Below, one piece after another: positions 36,420 through 48,487 of a stretch of DNA of 64,000 nucleotides. Origin of the DNA: Heteronotia binoei (Eukaryota). The stretch lies in contig NC_083243.1 in NCBI RefSeq assembly GCF_032191835.1, positions 144,026,001-144,090,000 on the forward strand, in the 5' to 3' direction. The translations under genes and the position numbers were made by a program. The notes below the pieces were generated by a model. The model saw only the letters and a program-made list of their open reading frames with translations. It did not search any database and had not been told where the DNA came from. Positions within the stretch are counted from its first letter, which is position 1. Every line of letters begins with the position of its first letter.

Positions 36420-37970
36420 TCAACATGGCCAGATCTGTAGATACTTAAATCCAGAGACTGAAACCATAAACAGACAGAACAGATATTTCTACAAACCTGA
36501 GAAAAAGCCCAGGTTGAAGGAAAATCAGAAATCTAAAAAAAAAAAGTGGGGGTGTTTAAAAAACCACACTGTATCTTTAAGAAACAAATGCCTTCCGTGG
36601 TCATTGCTGGGCATCCACAACAATATTGAACCAAGTTCAAATCCCCACTCTGCCATGGATGCTCATTTGGTGACTTTTGGCAAATCATACACTCTCAGCC
36701 TAACCTACATCACAGGGTTGTTGTGAGAGAGAAAAAGAGGGAGAGTAAAATCATATAAAGTGTTTTGAGTCACCATTGTGGGAAAAGGTGAGGTGAATAA
36801 CTATAATGGAATATGAAAGAATGATAAAAGGTTGGGTGGTTGGTGGGAAGGCGAAAAGAATTGAAAGTTAAGGATATGGGAGTTACCAAGAGAAGGAAAA
36901 GAAGAAATAATGTGAGAGGTAGGATACAGGATAAAGTGTGGAGCTCCCCACCAGACCTTATGAGTTCTTCACCTCACAACTGGACCCAGTCCGATGGCCA
37001 GCACTACGCAATTTTCCCAGGGAGAGGATACCAGGGATGAGGGAGAACTGAAGACAAGGGGTACAATAAAGGTAGGTTGGCAGGTCAGCAGGAAGGAAAA
37101 AAGGAAGCAAGAAGAGGCAGAAGCTATTGGAGCTTTCGGGAAAGGGAAAGCGGGACCCTCATTTGTCAATATATCTTCTGTGGCTACTAAAATCCAGAGA
37201 CTGTGGCCTTGGGCAGACAAGACAGATTTTTTTTTTACAAACCTTAAAAAAGCTCCAGATTTGCAGGAAAATATGAAATCTAAAAAGAAGAAGAAATGGG
37301 TTAACCCCCCTCCCAATAATGATAAAAGGAACACTGTAGGTTTAAGAAACAGATACCCTCAGTGGCCTTCGCTAGGCAACCACAACAGTATTGCCAGCCT
37401 TCAAGTTTTGGTTCCTGTTAATAGAAGGCAGGGGGAAGGCCCTTTCCACGGCTGTTTGGGCCTTTGCGGGTAGACTTATGAGAGCCAGGCATATCAGCAA
37501 CCGCCAAGCTTGCTACCATGTGACTAGCATTGAGCCTTTTCACATGCTCTCAAGGTTGTTGTGAAGATAAAAAATAGAGGAGGGAAGAATGATATAAGCT
37601 GCTTTGGGTCCTCATTGTGGAGAAAGGCAGGATATAAATGAAACAATGAATATAACTGCCAGACAAAATAGAGTTTGATTGGTGGGTGGGAAGGAGAGAA
37701 GGAAGTAGGGAAAAGTAGGAATATGATGACTACCAAGAGGAGGGAAAGAATAACTAATGCGGGGAAGGGGATACTGGGGAAATTGATGTATGCCCACAAA
37801 TACTTGCAGGTTCCCCACCACACAACTGGGCCTAGCACAACTGGGACAGAGTTTTCCCAGGACAGGCAGCCAGGGAGAAGGAAAGCTGTAGACAGGGGGC
37901 AGGCAAAGGTAGGTTGGTTGGTGGGTGGGAAGAAGAGAAAGAAACAGGAAAAGGAGAGAGGCTAGGGGGG
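36420..37970. repeat. Old diverged tandem duplication (about 36420-37150 vs 37160-37970), each unit with a MIR/Squam-like SINE tail fragment
   Basis: Colinear motifs AAATCCAGAGACTG, TACAAACCT, GGAAAAT..GAAATCTAAAAA, CACTGTA..TTTAAGAAACA, CACAACTGG.CC and AAAGGTAGGTTGG in both units; roughly 65-75% identity by eye. Confidence 0.7.
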
Positions 37971-38067
37971 CTTGCCAGGGAAGTGAAAGAAGAAATAGTG
38001 GGAGAGAAGTAAATGTTGCCCCCCACCAGTGAAGGTCCCACAAGTGAAGGTCCATCACTTGTCCATC

Positions 38068-39474
38068 ACTTGTCATCCTCATGGATGACCTCCAGCGACA
38101 ACTGGATCGAGGCGGCTCGGCGGTACTGCTGCTGCTAGACCTATCGGCTGCGTTCGATATGGTCGATCATCGGCTGATGACCCGCCGTCTCGCCGACGCA
38201 GGAATTCGGGGGCTAGCCTTACAGTGGCTCTCCTCCTTCCTTGAAGGTCGGGGACAAAGGGTGGCAATTGGGGGGGAGCTGTCTCAGAGACACCCACTTC
38301 ATTGTGGGGTGCCTCAGGGGGCAGTTCTCTCCCCGATGTTGCTTAACATCTATATGCGCCCCCTTGCCCAGAGGTATGGGCTCAGTTGTCATCAGTACAC
38401 TGATGACACCCAGCTCTATCTATTGATGGACGGCCGGACTGGCGATGTCCCTATAAATCTGGACCGGGCGTTACAAGCCATGGCTGGCTGGCTCAAGCTG
38501 AGTGGGCTGAAGCTGAACCCGGTGAAGACTGAGGTCCTTTGCGTAGGCCGCGGCGGGCCAGGAGGGGAGATCTCCCTACCGGCCTTTGATGGTGCGCCAC
38601 TGATACCAGTGCACAGGGTCAAGAGCCTGGGAGTGCTACTGGAGTCCTCCTTATCAATGGAGGCCCAGATAGCTGCCACTGCTAAATCTGCCTTTTTCCA
38701 CCTTAGGAGGGCGAGGCAGTTGGCTCCCTTCTTGGAGCGTAGCGACCTGGCAACTGTGATCCACGCAACGGTCACCTCGAGACTAGACTACTGTAATGCC
38801 CTGTACATGGGGCTGCCCTTATACCGATCGCGGAAACTGCAGGTAGTGCAGAACGCAGCGGCCAGGCTGTTGGTGGGACTACCTCGGTGGGAACACGTGG
38901 CTGCCGGTTGTGTATCATGTTCGCTACAAGGTGCTGGTTATTACCTTTAAAGCCCTATATGGCCAAGGACCTGCCTACCTTAGGGACCGCCTCTCCCCAT
39001 ATGTTCCCCAGAGAGCACTGAGATCTCGTTCTCAAAACCTTTTTAAAATCCCTGGGCCAAGAGAGGCTAGATTGAAAACAACGAGGGAGCAAGCCTTTTC
39101 AGCAATGGCCCCCCAATGGTCGAATCAACTTCCAGAGGCGGTGCGAGCCCTGCGGGACTTGAATCAGTTCCACAGGGCTTGCAAAACCATCCTCTTTCAG
39201 CTTGCTTTCGAGATAGAACCCGGCTAAATTGACTTTTGCCATCTAGCCATCTTATACATGACTGTGAACTGTAGCACCTTAACTATTAACTTATAACAGC
39301 TGTTTTATCTATTTTAACCTAATCTATAACGGTAATTTAATTGTATTTTAATTTGTCTTTTGTCTCGATTGTATTTTATTGAAATCATGGTTGCCCCATG
39401 TCTGTGAGCCGCCCTGAGCCTGCCTTCGGCGGGGGAGGGCGGGATACAAAAATAAATTTACCTTACCTTACCTT
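38068..39474 (+). mobile_element. Young 5'-truncated L2 LINE (RT C-terminal half plus 3'UTR)
   Basis: ORF 38081-38950 has LDLSAAFD, GVPQGAVLSP, YTDDTQLY and SRLDYCN. One frameshift leads into 38910-39227. CpG-rich, with a (TTACC)n tail. Confidence 0.93.
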
Positions 39475-40039
39475 TATACATTAATTTTCAACCCAAGTAT
39501 CACAACAGTCAAAAAAGGGGTGTCCAAGTTTTTACAAAAGTTAGTACACTCTGTCTGCTGTTTCTGTGTAGTGGTGCAAACAGGCCTAGAGAAAAATATC
39601 CTGTTCCTGTGTGAAAATGGGCAGTTGAAACTTTTCATGGCAAACAGGTAATATCACTGCCCAGTAAATGGAATTTTAGAATTATCACACTCCAGGCAAT
39701 ACCATGAAGTATCCCAATTACTGTTTTCCTCCCTTGAAAATATTTTTAATATATAGCATAATATATATACATTTTAATATATATACATAATATATATGTT
39801 TCTACTGTTATAACAAAGATTCTTTTTTCTGCTATTGCAGTACAAACAAAGCAGCTCTTGGATTTCTGTTTGACTGTATAAACAGAGTAAAGACATTCTG
39901 CCACTTATCCAATATTTGTTTATGTGATAATAGCATTAAAAAACCAGAATTTAGGTAAAATTAATATTTTTAGGCTCACTTTTGTCTTAAACCAGGGCCA
40001 ATTCTATACATCATTAGAGACTTCCAATCATAATTCTGA

Positions 40040-40600
40040 GTAATTGTTTTTATACAGATCTACTAAATTAGTCAACAGGGTATTTAATCATTGGTCCTAT
40101 AATTTTTGCCACCAAAACAATAACAAGATTGTTTGTGTCTGATAGTAGCCATGTCACCAGGGCTGTCACATCAAGCATTTTTTAAGTAAAGAATTTCAAG
40201 AATTTTTAAGTAAAGCGATGATTAAATTAACCTGCAACGTTGTATATAGGGCACTCTATAATCATATGCTCAATGGTTTCATCTTCCTCATGTGAACATC
40301 TACATGTTCTATTTGCATATGGTACTTTATTATATCTACCCTCCAAAACTGCTGAGGGAAGGGCATTCATTCTCAGGACTGGATCTACATGTTTTTTGAA
40401 GGGGGGGGGGGGCAAAATTAAAAAATGATGCCCCCTTATGGGTCATTCTATCTTATGGTCCCATAGAATACAATGGACTCCATACCCAATTTGGCGCCCC
40501 CTCCCTGTCAGCGCCCGGGGCAAGCACCCCCCTCTGCCCCCCCCCTAGATCCAGCCCTGTTCATTCTTGCCAGAGTAAAAGCTCTTCTGAACTTTGGTAC
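40040..40600 (-). mobile_element. Non-LTR retrotransposon ORF2 C-terminal fragment (RTEX-like), interrupted by a MITE
   Basis: Removing the MITE restores RRAFTLARMNALPSAVLEGRYNKVPYANRTCRCSHEEDETIEHMIIECPIY (CCHC finger). Confidence 0.65.
40374..40559. mobile_element. hAT-type MITE, 186 bp
   Basis: TIR CAGG(A/G)CTGGATCTA; perfect 8-bp TSD TTCATTCT at 40366-40373 and 40560-40567. Confidence 0.9.
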
Positions 40601-40876
40601 TGTCAAATGCAAAACAAAAAAACCTCCTTTGGCAGTTGCGTTGGGAGGGCAATTCCTAGATAAAGTGTAGAACATACCCTACATGCCCTGATAGATGTAC
40701 TGGTAGCATCCAGCTTCCTAACACATATTTTTATTTGCCTAATTATATCTTTAGTCTTTGTTTTCTTAGCCATCTCACACTGGAATAGATGTTCACCAAA
40801 TTCCAAAATGTTGCAAAGGTTTCTTCCTTAACCTCAGGCTTTAAATTAAACCCCAATAAATGTATTTACTTAATTT

Positions 40877-40960
40877 ATAAGAACATAAGAATATAAGAGA
40901 AGCCATGTTGGATCAGGCCAATGGTCCACCCAGTCCAACACTCTGTGTCATACAGTGGCT
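40877..40960 (-). mobile_element. CR1-type 3' end fragment
   Basis: AAGAACATAAGA..AGAAGCCATGTTGGATCAGGCCAATGG.CCA.CCAGTCCAACACTCTGTGTCA. Confidence 0.6.
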
Positions 40961-41541
40961 GTCTTTCTCCTCAGGGGGACCCAAAGCTGCTTCCAACCTA
41001 CTTTCCTCCATTTCATGAGATAGGTTATGCTGAGAGAGCATGACTGACCCAAGGTCACACAGGGTTTTATCTGCCATTCACTAAACATCTGTTTCAAAAT
41101 ACTTCAATGCATTCCTCATAGCATAATTAGTCAGCATAATTTCATCTTTGAAACATTCCCCTCCTCTCATCACTAGTCAAAAAAGTTGATTGCTGTGGTC
41201 ATGGAATCTGTATAGTCTAAGAGCCAAGTAGATCAAGGGGCTGCACTAAAGAAGGGAAAGGGAGCAGAATTGCCCCCTTTTCTGACAGTGCAATTGAGAT
41301 GGCTAAAAAGAGAGAAAAGAACAATTTTGCCCCATTCTGTCTCATATGCAGCTTCTGTTCCAAGTGGTGGGGTTTTTTGGGGGGGAGGGGTATTCTGTAT
41401 ATTGGTGTGTGTGTGTGCACCTGGAAATCATACTGACCTCTGGTGACTGATCCTTGCTGGGGTCCTGGAGGCTATTCAGAGAGATGGCTCAATAAACCCT
41501 GTCCCTGTCCTCTTGACTGGGTGTTTCAAGTCTCTCTTTAT

Positions 41542-41871
41542 TGTGTATGTGGATTAACGTGGATGCTTTTTACCAGTGTTCCTGCCTGGCTCATTGGAGC
41601 CTCAAGGACTGAACTTGGGGACTCTAGAACAATGAGCAGTAGGATCCAAATTCCTGCTGCCCTGGTCCAACCAGAAGCCCCCTGGTGGTTCAAACGATCC
41701 AGGTGTCCTAGCGCAGGAACACAGGACTGTATATAGTTAGCTCTGTTGGCCCAGTTGATCAGTCTTAAGAGTTCAGCCATTACTATGTTGTACTGAATAA
41801 AGAGAGCTATGATCACAGCAACCTTGTCTCCTTCTTGCGTTGAACCCTCTATCTATATTATATATTATACA
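41542..41871 (+). mobile_element. Possible solo LTR related to the LTR at 63108-63494
   Basis: TG..CA ends and an AATAAAGAG..CT.T.ATCAC motif shared with the 63-kb LTR. No TSD found. Confidence 0.4.
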
Positions 41872-41878
41872 TACTCAA

Positions 41879-41928
41879 CCCTGCTTATCTTCCGAGGTTT
41901 GACGAGATCAGGCTTGCCTGGGTTATCC
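41879..41928 (-). pseudogene. 5S rRNA-derived fragment
   Basis: CCCTGCTTATCTTCCGAGGTTTGACGAGATCAGGC. Confidence 0.6.
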
Positions 41929-43282
41929 CAACTGGTTATCCTTCCATCCATTTCCTGCAGTCCCAGGGGTCAACTTTCCTTGGGTTGGAAGGGACACCTG
42001 GGGAGAGGGAAATGTGGCAAAGATTTGCACTCATTGCATCAATTGACCCAACCTGTTATTTGAAACCCTGAGCCATAAGCACTCCTTCCAGCACCAGCAG
42101 TTTAAGTGTGACCACTGTGTATAGCATGGCCAAGAAATATCTGTTTTCTACTGCTCATGCAAGAGTTTGAAGAATATTTCCAGTTCATGTAGTGATCATA
42201 GATGTGTAGTAAATAAGCATTCAAATTGTTCTTGAAGGCAAGAGAAGAATTTCTGTCCAAGCAATGCATCTTCTTCCTGTGTTATATTAACTTTACTTTA
42301 TTCGATTTATATGCTATTAATGGATCATATTTGAATTTGAACTGCTTTGACCTCAAAGGATCATAACTGATTCTCACATACAGCACAATTTTAAATATGT
42401 TTATTCAGAAATTTGGGACTGCAGATCATAAACCTGGAGGAAGAATTGAGCCACTTCTTTTCTGTACAGCACTAGGTGTGTTGGGGCTGCTAAGTATTAA
42501 GCAGCTAAATGATCCCTGCACACTCAGGTTTCCCTCACACCACCAGAGGCCAATCCATTGCTCTTTTCCTGCTCCAAAACCAAGAGACGCTGTCTGCATT
42601 CACGTCACATAAAGCGGTTTGATGTTCTCCAGTCTAAGCTTTATTTTAAGTAGTTAATCATAATAATTTTTTCCTGTTCTGTTTGTTTAGCCACAGGATG
42701 TTTAGGATTCTTGGGTTTTTGCCCTTTTTGCAGCTGCTCTTATTGTTTGCCTGCTTTTCTGTCTGTCTTGTTGTAGCTTTCGAGTCATTTCACAACAGAC
42801 TGAAGATCAAAAACTGCAATAAAGATTAAAACATGACAAAACAATGAGAAATGAATAAGCCAGTAGGTTTCTGAGAGTCCTCTCCTGACCCTTTTGTGCA
42901 AATACATCTCCTAGCTCAGTCAGCCTCAATAAGGGCATCCATTAAATTGTTTTGTTGAGATACTGGACTTTCAGCAAAGACTTGGGTTGGGAATCTGCTT
43001 CACTGCTAAATATCTTCACTGCTTCACTAATAAATATGCAAAAACCAGGGTGTTATTTGGAAGAGAGAAGTGATGAATGGAAGAGGGGGCTGTTCTTCTA
43101 TTTGCTGCTTCTCTGCAGCACCCTTCCTCAACTCTTTTCTCCTAGCTGTGGCAAGCACAAGCACATGTCTGGAAAGCCAATCTAGGGAAACATGATGGGG
43201 GCCGGACAGTTTAGAGGGAAAGCATGGGCAGGGAGAAGGCATAAATGCCTCTCTTCTATTACATTATTTCCTCACTAGTAGA

Positions 43283-43626
43283 TAGAGCCAATTGGGCAGC
43301 CATGTTGGTCTGAAGTTGTAAAACAAAATAGAAGTCAAATTGCACCTTTAATACCAACTTAGTTTTATTCAGAATGCAAGCTTTTGTGTGCTCTGGTACC
43401 ATTTTGCATTCTAAAACACTGCCTACCAGATAATTTTACTATTCTGTCATTGGATCTTAAATTTGTACCAGTTTGCATTCTAAAGCACTGCCTACCAGCT
43501 ATGTGTGGCTCTGCTGACTGTACTGGATTCCTCGTCTGATAAAGTGTGCTTAGAGCACACAAAAGCTTACATTCTGAATAAAACTAAGTTGGTCTTAAAG
43601 GTGCAACTAGACTCCTATTTTGTTCT
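43283..43626. mobile_element. Penelope-derived fold-back element (inverted pseudo-LTRs)
   Basis: About 73-bp inverted arms at 43322-43394 and 43552-43624; contains a hammerhead-like core. Confidence 0.7.
43533..43571 (+). ncRNA. Degenerate minimal type I hammerhead ribozyme
   Basis: CGT-CTGATAA-A-GTGTGC-TTAGA-GCACAC-AAAA-GCTT-ACA. The 6-bp stem II is intact, but core G8 and G12 have mutated to A. Confidence 0.6.
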
Positions 43627-44361
43627 ATTATTTCCTCCCTGACACTTTTCAGTAATTCAGAAGACAGATCCAGATCTCTTAAATATGAACAGCTATATGT
43701 CACCTTACAGGTGATATTTCAGCTGCCAGGGACTGGCCACTTTCTGTCAATTAGCCAACATCACCCTAATTCTAACAGAACCATCTGAGGCAGACTTACT
43801 GTACATCCTTTTAAACCCATCACTTCAAGGGACTTCAAGGGTGTAACTCTGCTTAGGATGGCCCTGTAAATATGATTCAGGTCATTGGCAGGAATACAAC
43901 ACCAGCAATGCCAGTCAGGGCGGGCAGGGAAAAGAAAGTAGACAGCACATTATGAACCACATTAAGATCCCAGTATCTGAAGCTTGATGTGTTTGATAAA
44001 CAGAGAAATTTTGATTCAGCATGAAGACGCACTACATAACGCAGAACATAAGAACCTATAACTAATGCGAGAGCCTCCAGTGAATATACCATGTATGTGA
44101 TATTAGCAATCACAGCTCATTCCTAAAGCTAATAGTGTTAACAGCCCCAATGTTATTCATGACACAGATGAGAATTAAAAATGTTTTTGAGATGTATTTA
44201 AAAGAACATGCATGTGGTTAGTCAATTAATCATGTTTTTATTCTAAAAATGCAGAAACGTCTAAGAACTTATTTCACATCAGCACAGTTAATGACTAATG
44301 AGCATGGTTTCTTAATTTTAAAAATGAATCATTTGAAGCAAGAAGCTTTTCTACCACATAT

Positions 44362-44795
44362 TGTCAAGTCTGATGTTTCAATAACGAGACCTTCTTGATA
44401 AAAAAGTTTCTAGTTTATTGTAACATGTTGCAAGACTGTAGAAGCAGATTGAGAGACTGGCGAGCATGCACAAAGAGCAAACATTTAAGGTATACATCAA
44501 AGGGATTCCTTAGGGGGGGCATTCTATGCAGGGCACATTCACACATTATTTTTACTTTATCGTTCTCAAGTTTGGCTGGCCTTGGGCGCTTCCTTAGCAC
44601 CAGCTATCTCTGAGAAGGCACCATAATCTTGTTCCCATATTCCCATTTCCAAGCATTGCTACATAACAAAGGGAGGGAGGGGGGAAGGAGAGTTTAAGCT
44701 AGCAGCATCTGAATACAGAATGGTTTTTACCCAGGATCCTTTTCCTGAACCAGAGTTTGTGACTAAACTAATTAAGCATTACAGCAGACTTGACA
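44362..44795 (-). repeat. 3' LTR
   Basis: 11-bp terminal inverted repeat TGTCAAGTCTG/CAGACTTGACA and AATAAA on the minus strand. About 12 substitutions plus 1 indel versus the 5' LTR (hand count). Confidence 0.97.
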
Positions 44796-44815
44796 TACTG
44801 CCCCCCCTAAGCCCC
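44796..44815 (-). other. Polypurine tract
   Basis: Minus strand GGGGCTTAGGGGGGGCAGTA lies directly upstream of the 3' LTR. Confidence 0.85.
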
Positions 44816-47800
44816 CTCCACCGCAGGAGGAAGGAGCTTGGTTGGTTTACGTTCCGGGGCGTCTTGAATGGTGAGGGAGCGGTCGATCGAGGCAAGGGCG
44901 GGCCCCGCAGGTGGAGGGTGCCAACTGGACGGCCCGGGGTCCCGACGGATCAAACTGCAATGAAACACAGGGTGGATTTTACCCAGGGCGGCTGGCAGGT
45001 CTAGCTCCACAGTCACAGGGTTGATCACTCTTTTGATCTGGAATGGCCCCAGGAATTTGTAAGCTAGTTTCCGGAAGGGTTGGCTTAGGGGGAGATTCTT
45101 GGTTGACAGGAATACTGAATCCCCCACTTTGTATTCTCCCGCCGGGACATGGGACTTGTCATACTGCCTTTTGTAGGTTTCTTTGGCCGTCTCGAGGTTC
45201 TCTTTTATGACCGGCCAGTTACTGCTCGGTCCTTTCCACCATTGTTCAAAGGCAGTGGGAGTGTCTCTGCTGTCCCCTCCGGGAAGTAAAGGGAGGGGCT
45301 TCCCCTCATAGCCGAACATGGTGGAAAAGGGGGAAGCTTTGGTGGAACTTTGCATGCTGTTATTGTAGCAGTATTCGGCAAAGGGGAGCAAGTCCACCCA
45401 GTCAGATTGTCGTTGGTTTATAAAACATCTTAAATACTGCTCCAGTACCCCGTTTACCCTCTCCGTCTGACCGTCCGTTTGGGGGTGGTAGGCTGAGCTC
45501 AAGCCTTGCTCCATCCCCACCAGTTTGCAAAACTCCCGCCAGAAGGTGGCAACGAACTGCGGCCCACGGTCGCTAATGACCTTGTCTGGGAATGAGTGTA
45601 ATTTTATCACATGATCAAAGAATAGGGCCGCTAGTTTCTTTGCTGTGGGCAGTTGGGCGCAAGGGATAAAATGGGCTTGCTTGGAAAAAGTGTCTACTAC
45701 TACCAGGATGACCGTTTTCCCTCGGGAAGGGGGGAGCTCTACTATGAAGTCCATGGACACTATGGCCCATGGCCGGTTAGCGGTCTCGAGCGGCTGCAAG
45801 AGTACGGGCGGCTTTCCCCCTCGCCATTTGGCCATTACGCACACAGGGCAGCTTGTGACAAACTCGGACACATCCTTGCGCAGAGAGGGCCACCAGAACT
45901 GTCGATTCACTAAATGCAGCATCTTTATGTAGCCGAAGTGCCCCGCCAGTTTGGAGGAGTGACAGAGCTGCAGTATTTCCCTCCTGAGACAGCTTGGGAT
46001 GTAAAGTTTGTCTCCTCTGTACCACAGCCCGTCTTTCCCTTTCTGCACCCCATCGGGTCGTTCCTTCCCCTCCCTCTCGGTTTCTAGGGCGATACGCTCC
46101 CTACTGACCCCGTCCAATTCCCTTTTCTTTTGGGAGTGGGTGGTGACCATGGCTGCCACTTGGGACGGTGGGATTAACGAGTCCACCACCTCCTCCCTCT
46201 GGCTCTCGTGCTGCGGAAGCCGCGAGAGCGCATCAGCCAAGAAGTTCCTTGCCCCTGGGATGTACCTCAGGGTAAAGTCAAATTTGGAGAAGAACCCAGC
46301 CCACCTAATTTGCTTTTCACTCAGTTTGCATCTCCCTGTTAACGCTTCTAGGTTCTTGTGGTCGGTCCACACTTCGAAGGGAAGCTTCGCCCCCTCCAGC
46401 CAGGATCTGCAGGTTTTTAAAGCGAACATGACAGCGAATGCCTCCTTGTCCCAAACCGACCAGTTGCGCTGTTTGTCTGAAAACTTCCGGGAGATGAAGG
46501 TGCAGGGTCGTAGTTTCCCCTCCCCATCCCGTTGCATTAGTATGGCTCCTACGGCCACGTCGGAAGCGTCGCATTGGACCACGAAGGCCCTTTGCTCGTC
46601 CGGGTGGCTTAGGTCGGGTTCGCTAGTGAACAGGCGCTTCAGGTGATCGAACGCCTCCTGGCACTCAGGCGTCCATTTGGCTTCCGGACCCTTGCCTTTG
46701 GTCTTTAGGAGATTGGTCAAGGGTAGGGCGATCCGGGCGAACCCCTCTATGAATTGCCTGTAGAAATTTGCGAACCCGAGGAAAGATTGGAGCTGTCTAC
46801 GTGTCCTCGGGGGAGCCCACTCTAGTACTGCTTGGACCTTTGCGGGGTCCATGGCTAGGCCGCGTTCAGATACTCGAAAGCCTAGGTAGTCTAGCTCCGT
46901 TCGGTGGAACTCACACTTGGACAGTTTGGCATACAGTTGGTGCTCCAGCAATGTGCTGAGCACCTCCCTCACCAGTTTCACATGGGACTCCTCGTCCTGA
47001 GAGTAAATAATGATGTCATCCAGGTACACCACCACCCCCTTATACAGGTATTTTCTCAACACATCATTGATAAAGTTCATAAACACCCCCGGGGCTCCCT
47101 GTAGCCCAAACGGCATCACCAAATATTCAAACTGTCCCATCGGTGTGTTGAAAGCCGTTTTCCACTCGTCCCCTTCCTTGATGCACACCCGGAAGTATGC
47201 ATCTCGTAAATCCAGCTTGGTAAAAATTCCCCCCCTCCCCCACTACTGTGCTCAGCAAGTCCCGGATGAGGGGGATGGGGTAGGTGTTTGACATGGAGAT
47301 CGCGTTAATCCCGCGAAAGTCAGTGCAAAGTCTAAGCGAGTTGTCCTTTTTCTTCCTAAACAGGACGGGTGTGGCGTGGGGGGCCGTGGCTGGCCGGATG
47401 AACCCCCTCGCCAGGTTCTGGTCTAGGAACTTGCGGAGTTCCTTCTTTTCCGCCCACCCCATTTGGTACAATTTGGCTCGGGGTAGGGTTCCCCCGGGGA
47501 TTAGTTCTATAGCACAGTCCGTGCTCCGGTGAGGGGGTAATTGGTTGGCTTCCTTCTCGCTAAACACCTCCATCAGGTCACGGTAAACCTCGGGGACCGA
47601 GTGTACTTCTTCCACCGTCACACACGCCCTCTCTTTCGCGGCAGGGGCTTTTGGGCCCCACACCATGTTCCAGAGGTGGCTTTTGCACCCAGGGTCCAGG
47701 AACCTGATGGTCTGCGCCCGCCATCAGATTAAGGGCTCGTGCTTTTCTAACCACCCCACTCCCAGCACTACCGGGTACGAGCACGAAGGGGCAATTATAA

Positions 47801-48146
47801 AAACCTCCTGATCCCAATGTTCCTCGATCCCCATGGGGCATGGCTGTGTCTCTCGTGTGCAAGGTTCTCCGCACATCACGGACCCATCCATCTGCTCAAA
47901 CAGCATGGGGTGGGGTAGCTGCGAGCTCTCTAATCCCAAAGCCTCCACCACTTTGGGGGAGATCAGTTCTCGGTTGCACCCCGAGTCTATAAGGGCTCGT
48001 ATCTGTAGGAACCTCCGTAGCTTAGGGTTCAACAGTTTCACAGTCACAAAATACAATCTCCCCGTCACTCTCACAGTCAACGGCGCCTCGTCGCGATCGA
48101 CCTGCTGTTGGGCACCCTTCAGAGCAGCAGGTCGGGCTCGTTTCCC
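44807..48146 (-). pseudogene. pol (protease, RT, RNase H, integrase) with one stop and one frameshift
   Basis: PR LIDSG; stop at 47724-47726; frameshift in the G-run near 47230-47245. RT YLDD; RNase H CDASD, TDHKNL and ADALSR; IN H..H..CPVC, MDFIVELP, SDRGPQF, GQTERVN and GPF. Confidence 0.95.
48082..48146 (-). other. -1 programmed ribosomal frameshift signal (slippery heptamer plus pseudoknot)
   Basis: G GGA AAC in the gag frame (48140-48146), a 5-nt spacer, a 10-bp stem CGACCUGCUG/CAGCAGGUCG, and loop GGUGCC able to pair with downstream GGCGCC. pol is in the -1 frame. Confidence 0.85.
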
Positions 48147-48487
48147 ACCGGCTCTTCTATCCACGCCAGGTTGGCCAGTTCCGCGGACAGGAGCACTTCC
48201 TCCTCCATCAGCTCCTCTTGCACCGCTACCGCACTGCTCTTCGCCGCATCCTTAGGGCGGCCCGGAGCTTTCTTCGGAGTAGGGGCGATCGGCTTAGGTG
48301 GGGCCGGCAGGGCCCGTGGCGGCGGGGGGTGTGGGCAGGTGGAGGCCAAGTAGTTCGGGTCCCCGCATCTTAAACACCGGCGGGGCCCCACTGGTACTGC
48401 GGTAGCTGGTTTCTTCCCCCTAGGGGGCTCGGCCTTCACGGGGCTCCCTTTGGCCTGGGTCTTCCCGGATTGGTGTTGGCACAGCAT
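48119..48487 (-). pseudogene. Truncated gag (only the C-terminal Zn-knuckle region, 122 aa)
   Basis: ATG 12 nt after the 5' LTR; CLRCGDPNYLASTC (CCHC with H to Y). No capsid region. Confidence 0.8.

Noticed and set aside
42702-42799. Candidate terminal exon (CCEMTRKLQQDRQKSRQ...*) with AATAAA
   Set aside because: An equally plausible acceptor, stop and AATAAA exist on the plus strand; ambiguous without RNA data.
43877-44113. 78-aa hydrophobic, GPCR-looking ORF
   Set aside because: Non-ATG start, an upstream in-frame stop, and no compatible acceptor.
46008-46646. 212-aa plus-strand ORF and other plus-strand ORFs inside the Gypsy element
   Set aside because: Antisense shadows of GC-rich pol; no motifs.
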